A stretch of DNA of 39,684 bases from IMG/VR virus record IMGVR_UViG_2740892027_000001, one strand, 5' to 3'. The stretch comes from a virus. Its lineage: Duplodnaviria; Heunggongvirae; Uroviricota; Caudoviricetes. This document shows, piece after piece, positions 18,533 through 27,214 of this stretch. The first letter of the stretch is position 1. Each line of letters opens with the position of its first letter. The notes below the pieces were generated by a model. The model was not told the DNA's origin. It was given only the letters and a program-made list of their open reading frames with translations, and did no database searches. The translations under genes and the position numbers were made by a program.

Positions 18533-18877
18533 TTACACGCCCAGTTCTTTACGCTTATCTGCGATCTTCTCGCGGAGCGTTTCGGCTTTGGCGTTATGGT
18601 GTGGCTTCTCGTTAAAGAGCAATTCGTACTCTTCACGGAGCTTATCCAGTTCACCATCATCTGACACATCGTTGATGATTTTGGTGCTGGTTGCTGCCAT
18701 TGACACCTTTCCTGCAACTTTTGCTTTTGCCTGTCTGGCTGCATCGTTCACAGGTTCCAGTGCGCTACCAGGCTCACCTTCGTATTCGATTTCTGCCCCC
18801 TCCGGCCACAGAGTGTTATGGATATGAGAGAGGCGCAGAACGCGGTATCTTGGTTTCTCACCTGACATCGATATCAC
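18533..18877 (-). CDS. Hypothetical structural-module protein
   Basis: 114 aa, charged and helical; in capsid gene block. Confidence 0.45.
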   Translation of the reverse strand: MISMSGEKPRYRVLRLSHIHNTLWPEGAEIEYEGEPGSALEPVNDAARQAKAKVAGKVSMAATSTKIINDVSDDGELDKLREEYELLFNEKPHHNAKAETLREKIADKRKELGV

Positions 18878-18878
18878 C

Positions 18879-19316
18879 TTAACCAGTTACTTTTGAGCGG
18901 ATCGGGTACGGCGTATTGGCATCAACATCCAGACTGATACCCGCAGTGAATTTGCCGGCCGTTAGTGGGCCAGTTGCGACGGAGTAGTTAACACGCAGAT
19001 ATCGCTGAACACCGGCAGGCACCTTTGCAGAAACAACTCGTTTACCTGCTGCCAGGGAGGTCTTTGCCAGTGCGCCACTATCATAAATAGTGGTCCATGA
19101 GCTGTTATTCTCACTCGTCTGCAACTGGATGTTTACAGTTGCCTCACCACTTGCCGTGGCGGCTTCGTTAACCAGCACCCAAAACTCAAGCGGGTAACCC
19201 ACACCGATATCGCGACGGTTTCCATCAATTGGACCGAGATCGATTACGTCAGTAGAAGCCGCGGTATTCGTAACCGCCTGAGCTTCGGAGAACATCAACA
19301 GTTTGTCGGTGATCAT
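18879..19316 (-). CDS. Virion protein (possible capsid decoration/accessory)
   Basis: 145 aa, directly downstream of major capsid gene; beta-rich composition. Confidence 0.4.
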   Translation of the reverse strand: MITDKLLMFSEAQAVTNTAASTDVIDLGPIDGNRRDIGVGYPLEFWVLVNEAATASGEATVNIQLQTSENNSSWTTIYDSGALAKTSLAAGKRVVSAKVPAGVQRYLRVNYSVATGPLTAGKFTAGISLDVDANTPYPIRSKVTG

Positions 19317-19367
19317 CTTCTTTCTCCATTAGTGGGTCTGTTACGACCCACAGGTTAATAACAGGCG

Positions 19368-20360
19368 TTACACCACGCGGGCTTCTGTTTCCAGAAGCGC
19401 ATCAGTTTCACGGATTGGTACACCACGGAATGAAGTCCACCACTCGCCTTCTGTCTCTTTTACGCTGATCGCCAGAGATGTTTTCTCCAGAGATTGCAGA
19501 TCAAGAGCCTGGCCTACAGTGCGGTTCATGTAGAACACCGGGCGACCCATGCCACGATTTGGAATGCGATGCAGTGCTTTAACCATCAACTTCGCAATAT
19601 TTGCGGCAGAGGAAGGTTCTGAAAGATTGCTGACATCGATGTTTGCAATGCGAACAACATAACGCCAGTCACGCAGAGCAAGTCCGTTGTCCCATTTGTA
19701 ATGGGTACGGTAGCCTTCGTACTTGCCGCCATTCGCATCTTCCAGTGTCACCTGGCCTTTATCTTCCATCTGGATGCCAGCCTTCTGCCCTTTCGGGAAG
19801 ATGCCATGCACGGTGTTTTCGCCCCACACCACTAACCAGATTGAGGTGTTATCTGTACCCGTGCCACCAGCATCAATGATGTTCTGAGCATTACCCGCAG
19901 ACAGGCTGGAATAGCGGGAGGACAGTCCCATAAACTGCTGAGGGTTAACGCTGGAATCACCATAAAACAGTGTCTGCGCCATCTGCTGATTCATCGCTTC
20001 AATAAATGCGCGGTCTTCAGACAGGCGGAATTCGGCGGTATTACCGTTCAGATCAGCCAGTGACTTATCGACTTCAGCATAGGTTTCCAGCATGCCAACG
20101 TAATCGGTTACCTGCACTGTGGTTGATTTGCTTGGCTGTACGCCATAGTTCAGCAAACGCCAGGTAGCTGAAGGTAAACCAGAACGAATGGTGGTTCGGT
20201 GTCCGGTAGGAAGGTTCCCTTCGACAAAAGGCATATCCTGAAGGATCGGGTTAGTTTGACCGAGAAGCTCGATAATCTTATCGACTTTCCCGTTTGGATC
20301 GACGCGCTTACCCCAGTCAGCCAGCGTTAGCGCAGTTAAGCCTTTAACAGCCATTGTCAT
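19368..20360 (-). CDS. Major capsid protein
   Basis: 330 aa; between scaffold-like gene and tail tube genes; size typical of T7/epsilon15-type coat proteins. Confidence 0.7.
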   Translation of the reverse strand: MTMAVKGLTALTLADWGKRVDPNGKVDKIIELLGQTNPILQDMPFVEGNLPTGHRTTIRSGLPSATWRLLNYGVQPSKSTTVQVTDYVGMLETYAEVDKSLADLNGNTAEFRLSEDRAFIEAMNQQMAQTLFYGDSSVNPQQFMGLSSRYSSLSAGNAQNIIDAGGTGTDNTSIWLVVWGENTVHGIFPKGQKAGIQMEDKGQVTLEDANGGKYEGYRTHYKWDNGLALRDWRYVVRIANIDVSNLSEPSSAANIAKLMVKALHRIPNRGMGRPVFYMNRTVGQALDLQSLEKTSLAISVKETEGEWWTSFRGVPIRETDALLETEARVV

Positions 20361-20368
20361 TTCCTCTC

Positions 20369-21070
20369 TTATTTGCCATAGAGCACTTCGGCCGCACTAC
20401 GCTGGCCTTCATTACCACCGGTGACCATGCCATCTTCAGACATCGCCTTTCCGATTTTCACGAACGTTTTGACCAGATCAGGGTGATTACCCAGCCCGGT
20501 GGTGTTCAGATATTCTTTGAGTTCAGGTGTCCCGAACTGGTCAAGCGCACGCTGTGCGGCGCTAAGGTTAGAAATCAACTTGTCGCCACCGATTTCTTTG
20601 TCAGCTTTTACATCCGCAGTCCACTGCTCGGTTGTTTTCTGCCAGGCTTCTGCCTGGCGCTGCTGAACACCTGCCAGAATCTTCGGATAAGCATCAACCA
20701 GCTTTTGCGCTTGCTCGTTGGTCAGGTTAAGTTCTCGCGCCACCGGCTCGAATTCCTTCAACGCTTCTGTATCCAGTTCTACGCCTTCGGCAGCCTGAAA
20801 CTCGTACTTCTCAGGCGCACCCTCTGGTTTATCGCCGTCCTTTTTTTCATCCTGCTTATCGTTTTCAGGCTTTTTGTCATCAGCAGGTTTATCGCCATCA
20901 GCAACAGGTTGTGGCTTATCACCTTCCTGTTGTGATGGATCACCAACTGGAGCAGGGTTATCACCTGCAGGCGCTGACGGTTCTGACGCAGCCGGAGCTG
21001 CTCCACCATCGACTGGTTGCTCATTGCAAAGACGGCGATACAGCAAACGCTCAAATAAACTCATGATCAC
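20369..21070 (-). CDS. Scaffolding protein (putative)
   Basis: 233 aa, acidic Pro/Asp/Lys-rich N-region and helical C-region; immediately upstream of capsid gene. Confidence 0.5.
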   Translation of the reverse strand: MIMSLFERLLYRRLCNEQPVDGGAAPAASEPSAPAGDNPAPVGDPSQQEGDKPQPVADGDKPADDKKPENDKQDEKKDGDKPEGAPEKYEFQAAEGVELDTEALKEFEPVARELNLTNEQAQKLVDAYPKILAGVQQRQAEAWQKTTEQWTADVKADKEIGGDKLISNLSAAQRALDQFGTPELKEYLNTTGLGNHPDLVKTFVKIGKAMSEDGMVTGGNEGQRSAAEVLYGK

Positions 21071-21363
21071 TCCTGTTCACTGGCCTCTTTGGCCATCTTC
21101 AAATACTGTTCAGGGCAATGCGCCATAACGCGCTGAAACAGTTCCAGCGCCAGATTGCGTTGCCCCTCATTAAATGCCATTGCCATAGCGTCCATCGGTG
21201 AGATAGCGGAAAACACACGGCCTTTCTCCAGCACCGACCAGACAACGCGACGCCCCTGTTCGCTGCTCATGACAAAGCGAATGTCATCAATTTCACGCTG
21301 CGCCATGTCACGTTGCTTACGGGCGTTTTCTTCTTTCAGTTGATCGTCTTCGTAATCTGTCAT
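21067..21363 (-). CDS. Hypothetical protein between portal and scaffold
   Basis: 98 aa, 4-nt overlaps with both neighbours. Confidence 0.5.
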   Translation of the reverse strand: MTDYEDDQLKEENARKQRDMAQREIDDIRFVMSSEQGRRVVWSVLEKGRVFSAISPMDAMAMAFNEGQRNLALELFQRVMAHCPEQYLKMAKEASEQE

Positions 21364-23039
21364 TGTGATTGCCCACCCTGACCACTAACTGCATTCGCCA
21401 TAGCTGACAAAACACTCGGATCCGAAGTTTTAGCTTCGCTTAGCGTCTTGGCACCCTGTGCCGCCGCCATCCCCATCGCCATCATTTGTTGCTGCTGTTG
21501 CTGCTGTGCCCGTTGCTGGCGAGCATGCTCAACCTGTTCCTGCGGAACAATGACGGTTGGAGACACTCCGGACATATCAGCGAATGCATCGATCGCCTGA
21601 TCAACGTTGAGTTTGTCGAGAGCTTCTGGTTTCGCTTGCGCAAGTTGACCAATGAAGTTAACCGTGGACGCCAGACTGGACAGGCCGATAGACTTCTGCG
21701 CCTGAGCCATGACGGAAATGTATTCGACCTTCAGGGGCATGCCTTCCATCGCGTCAGGCGGTGGCGGCAGCATGTTTTTACGCACCATCATAGAGAAAGC
21801 GCGGTCAATGAGAGGATTAAGACATTCGTCGTTCAGACGCTCCAGAACCGGCCCCAACATCAGAAGTTTTTCTTCTTTCATTTCGATCACCGCTTCAACA
21901 GGCATCGAGCGGGTATTGATGTTCTGCAACATCATGAACAGATCGACAAAGTAGGCGCTGTTAATGATTTGGCGAGTGTCCTGAATGTCTGCCACCAGAT
22001 CTGCTGTACTGGGGTTAACCAGATAAGCAGGCCTGAAACCATCCTGACCAGTAATCTGATCGATATACGTGATGTCGCCAGGAAGAAGGGAGGCGCGCTG
22101 ATTCTTGAGGGAAGTCGGAGCAACCATCGGCGGATTGGTGGCTTTATCAATCAACTGCGACTTGCGCTTCTGGAGAAGCTGCAATGCCTTAACAGGTCCA
22201 AGCGCCAGCATACCCGGGCATGATGATCCATAAACATCTTCGCCGTTAACTTCCCAGCGCGGAGCCATAATTGGAAACTCATCGAATCCGGACTCACGCA
22301 ACAACTTGTCGTTATCGCCGCCAACCTCGTAATAAACCGATTTGAATGGCTTGTTCTTGCTATCCAGCTTCGATGTATCGCGGTCAATGTTCGGGTAAAC
22401 CGAATGCATCACTTCGATCCACTTCTCGTAGGTGCCGCTTTCCCACATGCTTTTTACGGATTCGCTGACGTTATTTAGCCCGAACTCCTGAACAAGCTGA
22501 CGAACAGTCATAGAGAACTTGCGAAAACAGGTGTCAACACTGCCACGAGGTGAGTTAGCCAGGTAGTAACTGCCTATCGGGAATGGCATTGTGCGAATGA
22601 TGTCCTCGTCATCCTCCAGCACTGCCATTGCACCAGTGCTGTATGTGCCGAGGCTTCCGTATAACTGCGGAAGAGACTGGTAGAGATTCGACTTATTGAA
22701 CATATCGTTCATGCGGTTCTGCACCGCCTCAAGCCACAACTTAACAGGGCCATAATCCATCATTTCAGGATCTGGCGTAGCCAGGCGAAACCACGGACGC
22801 GCGGGGCTTGTGATGCCTGACATCATGCCGCTGGCGAGAGTGCGCGCCGCCATAGTCCCGGTCGAATCAATAATGCGTGTATTGCGTCGATCGTTACGGT
22901 TGACCTCTGAAGTCAGAAAGCGGGAACCACGCGGGTTGATGTAATCACTCAACTCGCGCCAGTGCGGCTCGAACGACTGACGCTCGCTTTCAAGTTGTGC
23001 GAACTGTTTGTTCAATCGCTCTTTAGTTGTTTCCGCCAT
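21360..23039 (-). CDS. Portal (head-to-tail connector) protein
   Basis: 559 aa; first large gene after terminase in morphogenesis operon. Confidence 0.7.
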   Translation of the reverse strand: MAETTKERLNKQFAQLESERQSFEPHWRELSDYINPRGSRFLTSEVNRNDRRNTRIIDSTGTMAARTLASGMMSGITSPARPWFRLATPDPEMMDYGPVKLWLEAVQNRMNDMFNKSNLYQSLPQLYGSLGTYSTGAMAVLEDDEDIIRTMPFPIGSYYLANSPRGSVDTCFRKFSMTVRQLVQEFGLNNVSESVKSMWESGTYEKWIEVMHSVYPNIDRDTSKLDSKNKPFKSVYYEVGGDNDKLLRESGFDEFPIMAPRWEVNGEDVYGSSCPGMLALGPVKALQLLQKRKSQLIDKATNPPMVAPTSLKNQRASLLPGDITYIDQITGQDGFRPAYLVNPSTADLVADIQDTRQIINSAYFVDLFMMLQNINTRSMPVEAVIEMKEEKLLMLGPVLERLNDECLNPLIDRAFSMMVRKNMLPPPPDAMEGMPLKVEYISVMAQAQKSIGLSSLASTVNFIGQLAQAKPEALDKLNVDQAIDAFADMSGVSPTVIVPQEQVEHARQQRAQQQQQQQMMAMGMAAAQGAKTLSEAKTSDPSVLSAMANAVSGQGGQSQ

Positions 23040-23053
23040 TTCAATGACTCCGG

Positions 23054-23260
23054 TTACTGACCAAGCAGCGTTTTACCGCTGGTATTAGCGGTTGATGTGT
23101 CGCCCTGAGAACCAGTAAGCAGCGTAGAACTACGACCAGCAGCAGCGCGACGGCGACGTGTTTCTTCGTCGCGGGCATCAACAACGGCGGCATCCTGCTC
23201 CTGTGGTGCTGCCTGAACTTCTGGTGTTGCAGGCACTGATGGTGAGCTACCCATGCACAT
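23054..23260 (-). CDS. Small hypothetical protein upstream of portal
   Basis: 68 aa, GGAG about 10 nt upstream of ATG; a competing overlapping frame (23041-23280) looks less protein-like. Confidence 0.3.
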   Translation of the reverse strand: MCMGSSPSVPATPEVQAAPQEQDAAVVDARDEETRRRRAAAGRSSTLLTGSQGDTSTANTSGKTLLGQ

Positions 23261-23350
23261 ATCAATGACTCCGTACGCAATTAAATTATTACCAATTTAA
23301 CCACATATGATTTATTTATCGTAGGTAGTTGACATTTAACGCACGAATTA

Positions 23351-23365
23351 TTACCTTTAAGGTAA
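23351..23365. promoter_or_regulatory. Operator-like palindrome TTACC-tttaa-GGTAA
   Basis: Perfect inverted repeat in 400-bp non-coding region between portal gene and tRNA; TTGACA at 23330-23335 nearby. Confidence 0.5.
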
Positions 23366-23687
23366 CCAAAGAGCTCATTCCGGTTACTAACCTGACTGGC
23401 TTGTCGTTAAATTGAACAGGTGGAGTGAGCTTTTATTTTGAGCAGTACGGCGTATGGCACATGCGACGATAGCGGTCTGGATACGTTTAAGGGGCACCCT
23501 CCCTTGCTCGGGCAAACGAACCAGGTAGCCGGAATGTGCAAGTCGAGCGGTTTTATTCCGCGCACGGGGATACACCATCCCGGCGATTCGGTGTGACGCC
23601 TCGGAAGAGACGAGGGTACAACGATGAGAGCATTTATGGAGCCGCGACAAAGTGTGGCGCCTTAACAGGCTAAGTGCTCTCAGCGTT

Positions 23688-23764
23688 GTGGCATTAGCTC
23701 AGTCGGACAGAGCAACCGCCTTCTAAGCGGTTGGTCGCAGGTTCGAATCCTGCATGCCACGCCA
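23688..23764 (+). tRNA. tRNA-Arg (anticodon UCU), phage-encoded
   Basis: 77 nt cloverleaf folded by hand: 7-bp acceptor stem GTGGCAT/ATGCCAC, D-arm GCTC/GAGC, anticodon stem ACCGC/GCGGT with loop CUUCUAA, T-arm GCAGG-TTCGAAT-CCTGC, 3' GCCA. Confidence 0.85.
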
Positions 23765-23807
23765 GAATCACGCCTAAGGACCGTGATGCCAGAAGTTCCA
23801 GGTGCTT

Positions 23808-23850
23808 GGCGGTGATGGTTTCCCTTGAAGGACTATCACCGCCCTTTTTA
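23808..23850 (+). terminator. Intrinsic terminator downstream of tRNA
   Basis: GGCGGTGAT...ATCACCGCC stem followed by CTTTTTA. Confidence 0.5.
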
Positions 23851-23927
23851 CAGCAGGACGCCATTGCGATGACTTCATGCTGTAAACCCGTACAGCCACG
23901 GAAGGCATAACTCATTGCTTCCAGTTC

Positions 23928-23951
23928 GCCCGGTTCGCCGGGCATTTTTTT
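23928..23951 (+). terminator. Terminator-like hairpin (GCCCGG-ttcg-CCGGGC + ATTTTTTT) just upstream of ORF 23963
   Basis: Perfect 6-bp GC stem plus T-run; ends 12 nt before ATG and overlaps the AAGGTGAG Shine-Dalgarno. Confidence 0.45.
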
Positions 23952-23962
23952 AAGGTGAGATT

Positions 23963-24319
23963 ATGAACGACCAGCAAATCGAAAAAGAAATCGTTGAGAA
24001 AGGCAAAACCGCTCCGCGAGTTACGCCTCAATATATCGAAAGCATCATTCTTGAAGAGCATTTCTTTACTGCTTATGACGGCATTCGTGCTGCCAATATG
24101 GGCGTTGGCGATTCATGGACAGCGCATAAATCTACAGACCTCCTGACTTTCTGCGTACTGGTGCTGAAGAATGGCTTCACCGTCACCGGAGAAAGCGCCT
24201 GTGCAAGCACGGAAAACTTTGATGCAGAAATTGGTCGGAAGATTGCCCGGCAGAATGCTGTAAACAAAATCTGGATGCTCGAAGGTTACTTGCTGAAGCA
24301 GAAGCTAAGCGAGCAATAA
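23963..24319 (+). CDS. Hypothetical protein (accessory gene in tRNA island)
   Basis: 118 aa, strong Shine-Dalgarno; plus-strand gene inside minus-strand late operon; family not recognised with certainty. Confidence 0.6.
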   Translation: MNDQQIEKEIVEKGKTAPRVTPQYIESIILEEHFFTAYDGIRAANMGVGDSWTAHKSTDLLTFCVLVLKNGFTVTGESACASTENFDAEIGRKIARQNAVNKIWMLEGYLLKQKLSEQ

Positions 24320-24323
24320 CACC

Positions 24324-24335
24324 GTGACATGTCAC
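24324..24335. repeat. 12-bp perfect palindrome GTGACATGTCAC (copy 2 of 3)
   Basis: Five nt after the stop of ORF 23963-24319 and immediately before terminator 24340-24366. Confidence 0.7.
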
Positions 24336-24339
24336 AAAC

Positions 24340-24366
24340 AGCCAGCCTATGAGCTGGCTTTGTTTT
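24340..24366 (+). terminator. Intrinsic terminator (AGCCAGC-ctatga-GCTGGCT + TTGTTTT)
   Basis: Hairpin plus T-run after the accessory ORF. Confidence 0.6.
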
Positions 24367-24409
24367 ATCCTCACCAGAGGATATCAACGACATTATCCCC
24401 ACCAGCGGA

Positions 24410-25885
24410 TTAAGCATAAGGGTCATAATCCGTTATGGCCCTTCCCTGCTGGCTTTGCTGTCCTGGTATATTTATGCGTTTCGAGACCGGGAAAGCAAAC
24501 GTCAGCAATAGCGCATCGCCTTTCCCCGGCGAACGCCCAAGTCGCTCCTTGATATCTTCCTTCGGTTCGATAACGATTTTACCGTCCACGCGAACTTTGT
24601 ACTCTGCCGTCGACAGGTCGTCCGCTGTTTCCTGGTCATCCAGCATGCCGCCGAGCCTCAGCCATGTCTTGCATGAGTTGAACATCTCCCCACGCTTGTT
24701 GAGCATCTGCGGGTCAGTAGACGCGCCACCGAACGGAACAAGTTGCCATGTACGACCCCAGCCGTCACCGATTGACTTCAGACCAGTTCCGTAACCGAAG
24801 TCGATGAACACTGCGTCAGCCTGGTACTGGTCTTCAAAGTCAGCGATACGCTTCGCCATAATCAGATCGTCAGTGGTCTTGTTGCCGGTCCACAGCACCT
24901 TACTATGCAGCCCCTGCCGCAGGTATATCACAGCATCATCAACACCGGAGTATGCCGGGTCAACGCCGATTATCACCGGAGCATGTGCCACCTGCGCAGC
25001 GGTTATCACCCGTTTCATTGCCTCGTCAGTAAGTCCGGTAGGGATAAACTGCAATTCAGATGCATCAGGGAATATGCCGCGCACACGGATTTTAACGAAG
25101 TCACTGTCTTCCCCGTAGTCATCAACCCATTTCTGCAACTGCTGTTTGTTGGTGCCTTCCACCGTCCGGCTGTCAATCTGCGCAGTTTTCCAGCGGTGTT
25201 TATACTTGCGGAAACATTCACGGAATCGCCCGGTATTACGCGTCGGGTTTCCGAACGCCACCCAAATAATCTCAGTGTCTTCGTCCGTAAGCGCACCCTC
25301 GGCAACTTCCCACACCAGATCCGCAATGTTCGACGCTTCATCGAATACCACGATAATGCGTTTGCGCTCGTTGTGTAGTCCTGCGAATGCCTCAGTGTTG
25401 TGCTCAGACCAGGGGATTGCGTCAGCTCGCCACCGCTTGTCGTGTCCAGGATCATTGCTGTACATCGCGGTAGCGGTGCAGGTGAACCAGTCTTTCGTGA
25501 TAGCAAGGTTCGACCACTTGATAATTTCAGGCCAGGTCTTCGTTCGTAGTTGGTTGTCGGTGTTGGCGGTCACCACGACCTTACAATCCTCGCAAGTGGA
25601 CATGCCCCAGTTGATCAGCATTGAGATGAATGCGGATTTACCAATACCGTGACCAGAAGCACGTGCCAGCATAAGCGGCTGATATCGCGTCTCTGGATTC
25701 TGCAGGTGATCACGTATCTCTCGGAACGCATCGGCCTGCCACTGACGTGGACCGGTGGCATGTGCCAGTTCAGTACCCTCTTCCCCCCACGGGAACGCAT
25801 AGAGGGCATAGCCAAGCGGATCGTGAGTGAACCCTGCAATATCCTCGATTAACTGCTCTTCAGGAGATAACGCTGTATCTGTCAC
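24410..25885 (-). CDS. Terminase large subunit
   Basis: 491 aa; P-loop-like SGHGIGKS near the N-terminus, acidic nuclease-domain residues C-terminal; 4-nt overlap with small-subunit gene. Confidence 0.85.
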   Translation of the reverse strand: MTDTALSPEEQLIEDIAGFTHDPLGYALYAFPWGEEGTELAHATGPRQWQADAFREIRDHLQNPETRYQPLMLARASGHGIGKSAFISMLINWGMSTCEDCKVVVTANTDNQLRTKTWPEIIKWSNLAITKDWFTCTATAMYSNDPGHDKRWRADAIPWSEHNTEAFAGLHNERKRIIVVFDEASNIADLVWEVAEGALTDEDTEIIWVAFGNPTRNTGRFRECFRKYKHRWKTAQIDSRTVEGTNKQQLQKWVDDYGEDSDFVKIRVRGIFPDASELQFIPTGLTDEAMKRVITAAQVAHAPVIIGVDPAYSGVDDAVIYLRQGLHSKVLWTGNKTTDDLIMAKRIADFEDQYQADAVFIDFGYGTGLKSIGDGWGRTWQLVPFGGASTDPQMLNKRGEMFNSCKTWLRLGGMLDDQETADDLSTAEYKVRVDGKIVIEPKEDIKERLGRSPGKGDALLLTFAFPVSKRINIPGQQSQQGRAITDYDPYA

Positions 25886-26478
25886 TGATTGCCATCCTGA
25901 CGTTCTTTCAGTCTCTTCCTGGCTGCCGCTATGCGATCAGCAATTGTCACATTCACATTAACATCCAGGCGTTCTTTGAATGCGTTGACGTCGACGTGCT
26001 TACCAATCAGTTCGAGGTTCTTCACCTTGTCAGGCCATTTAATTTTTTTGAGGATTGTCTCTATCGAATCCTCGTTCATGTTCATGATGGTCGATGACAG
26101 ATCAAAGCCGCTAAGCGTAGTGCGCCAGATTTTCGGCCACTCTCGGATTGGCTTAAGGCTCCCATCGTCGTTGAGGATGTCGATCACGTCCATCTGGTCG
26201 ATCTCCACCAGACGCATGAGAACGTAATCAGCACTGACGCGCATTCGTTTGTTGCGCTCCTCCATCAGCTCGGCAATCCGTTTTTGAATGCGTTCATCGC
26301 GCATCATGACACTGGCTTTAACTGCTGCTGTATTTGGGGAGAATCCTGCGTTAATCGCTGCCTGAGTCTGGTTTTCAGGCGTTTTGATGTATGACTGGCA
26401 ATAAGCCTCCTGCATTGCTGTTAGTGGCTTAAATTGCGTTGATTTGCGTTTATAGGTTTTAGGTTCAGCAGGCATCAT
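25882..26478 (-). CDS. Terminase small subunit
   Basis: About 198 aa from ATG 26478 (GGTGG Shine-Dalgarno); the track ORF extends to a TTG at 26556, but that extension contains an intrinsic terminator, so the shorter start is preferred. Confidence 0.65.
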   Translation of the reverse strand: MMPAEPKTYKRKSTQFKPLTAMQEAYCQSYIKTPENQTQAAINAGFSPNTAAVKASVMMRDERIQKRIAELMEERNKRMRVSADYVLMRLVEIDQMDVIDILNDDGSLKPIREWPKIWRTTLSGFDLSSTIMNMNEDSIETILKKIKWPDKVKNLELIGKHVDVNAFKERLDVNVNVTIADRIAAARKRLKERQDGNQ

Positions 26479-26520
26479 AACCACCGTGGTAATAGTTACC
26501 GTTGTGGTAATAGTACCATG

Positions 26521-26547
26521 CAAAATAAAGCCGCCATAGTTGGCGGC
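26521..26547 (-). terminator. Intrinsic terminator upstream of terminase genes (GCCGCCA-acta-TGGCGGC + TTTATTTTG)
   Basis: Strong minus-strand hairpin plus T-run between the early-right genes and terminase small subunit start. Confidence 0.55.
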
Positions 26548-26579
26548 AGTATTCAAAACACATCAAATTCATCATGCAT

Positions 26580-26608
26580 AATCTACTCGTGACATGTCAC
26601 ACTATTAA
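26580..26608 (-). promoter_or_regulatory. Candidate late promoter (TTAATA-N17-TAGATT) with palindrome in spacer
   Basis: Weak sigma70-like hexamers at 17-bp spacing, read on the minus strand; the GTGACATGTCAC palindrome fills the spacer; terminator lies 30-60 nt downstream. Confidence 0.3.
26589..26600. repeat. 12-bp perfect palindrome GTGACATGTCAC (copy 3 of 3)
   Basis: Overlaps the TGA stop of ORF 26597-26938, about 40 nt upstream (minus-strand sense) of terminator 26521-26547. Confidence 0.7.
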
Positions 26609-26938
26609 TTTCGTTTCATGCCAGCCTTTAGTCACCCAGCATTGCGAGTCACCATTACACGGGCATGAATTCACAGGAACTCTCTCGCCGCACTTACCGC
26701 AACGTTTTCTGCTGATCGATTTTATACGCCCGCGCACGCGTGCATCATCCTGGCGGATCAGTAACGCTATATACTCACCAAATTCGTAAGGCGCACGCCC
26801 GGGGCGACGCGTGGCACAGTTACGCTCCAGCATTTCAATTTCCTGAGCATCAAGCACAATCTCCAGCTTACGTACACCGGATTCAGCTTGTCTGGCTCTC
26901 TGAGCGGCTTTGCGCTCTGCTGCTGATTTAGCCATCAA
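26597..26938 (-). CDS. Small basic zinc-finger protein in Q-like position (candidate late-gene regulator)
   Basis: 113 aa; Arg/Lys-rich N-terminus, C-terminal CGKCG...CPC cysteine cluster; last early gene before the late operon. Confidence 0.5.
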   Translation of the reverse strand: MMAKSAAERKAAQRARQAESGVRKLEIVLDAQEIEMLERNCATRRPGRAPYEFGEYIALLIRQDDARVRGRIKSISRKRCGKCGERVPVNSCPCNGDSQCWVTKGWHETKLIV

Positions 26939-26962
26939 TATTCACCTTTATTGCGAACATAC

Positions 26963-27184
26963 TTAGCTGTGTGTTGCCGATGTGCGGAGATTCTCTTCTA
27001 TCAATTCCACGCATTCTGACCGACGAACAAATAATTCGTCTCCGTTATGAATTACGACATAGCCGTAAGCGGTTTTACACATCACATCGAACTCATCCCA
27101 TACGGAAATACCGCACTCTGCTAACGAGCAATCCAAATAATCTTCCGGATGCTTGTCGGTGTTATTAATGATGCGAATCCTCAA
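26963..27184 (-). CDS. Hypothetical protein
   Basis: 73 aa ORF in nin-like region, co-oriented. Confidence 0.4.
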   Translation of the reverse strand: MRIRIINNTDKHPEDYLDCSLAECGISVWDEFDVMCKTAYGYVVIHNGDELFVRRSECVELIEENLRTSATHS

Positions 27185-27214
27185 ATCTTTTCACCTTTAA
27201 GGATAAGTTGCAGG

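Noticed and set aside
23688-23764. Possible amber-suppressor tRNA (anticodon CUA) when the anticodon loop is read one nucleotide out of register
   Set aside because: With the 5-bp anticodon stem ACCGC/GCGGT the 7-nt loop is CUUCUAA, which puts UCU at positions 34-36 (tRNA-Arg), with U33 and A37 as expected. CUA only appears with an incorrect stem register.
23387-23945. Minus-strand ORFs 23387-23650 and 23694-23945 around the tRNA
   Set aside because: They overlap the tRNA gene and its structured leader and terminator; more likely non-coding.
15294-25652. Many 60-250-aa ORFs on the plus strand within the late region (for example 16421-16810, 17111-17800, 21486-22223, 24905-25378)
   Set aside because: All lie antisense inside long, tightly packed minus-strand structural or terminase genes and lack ribosome-binding sites or recognisable domains.
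25882-26556. Longer N-terminally extended terminase small subunit ORF starting at TTG 26556
   Set aside because: The extension encodes an odd Thr/Ile-rich peptide, uses a TTG start and contains a strong minus-strand terminator (26521-26547). The ATG at 26478 with a Shine-Dalgarno is more plausible.
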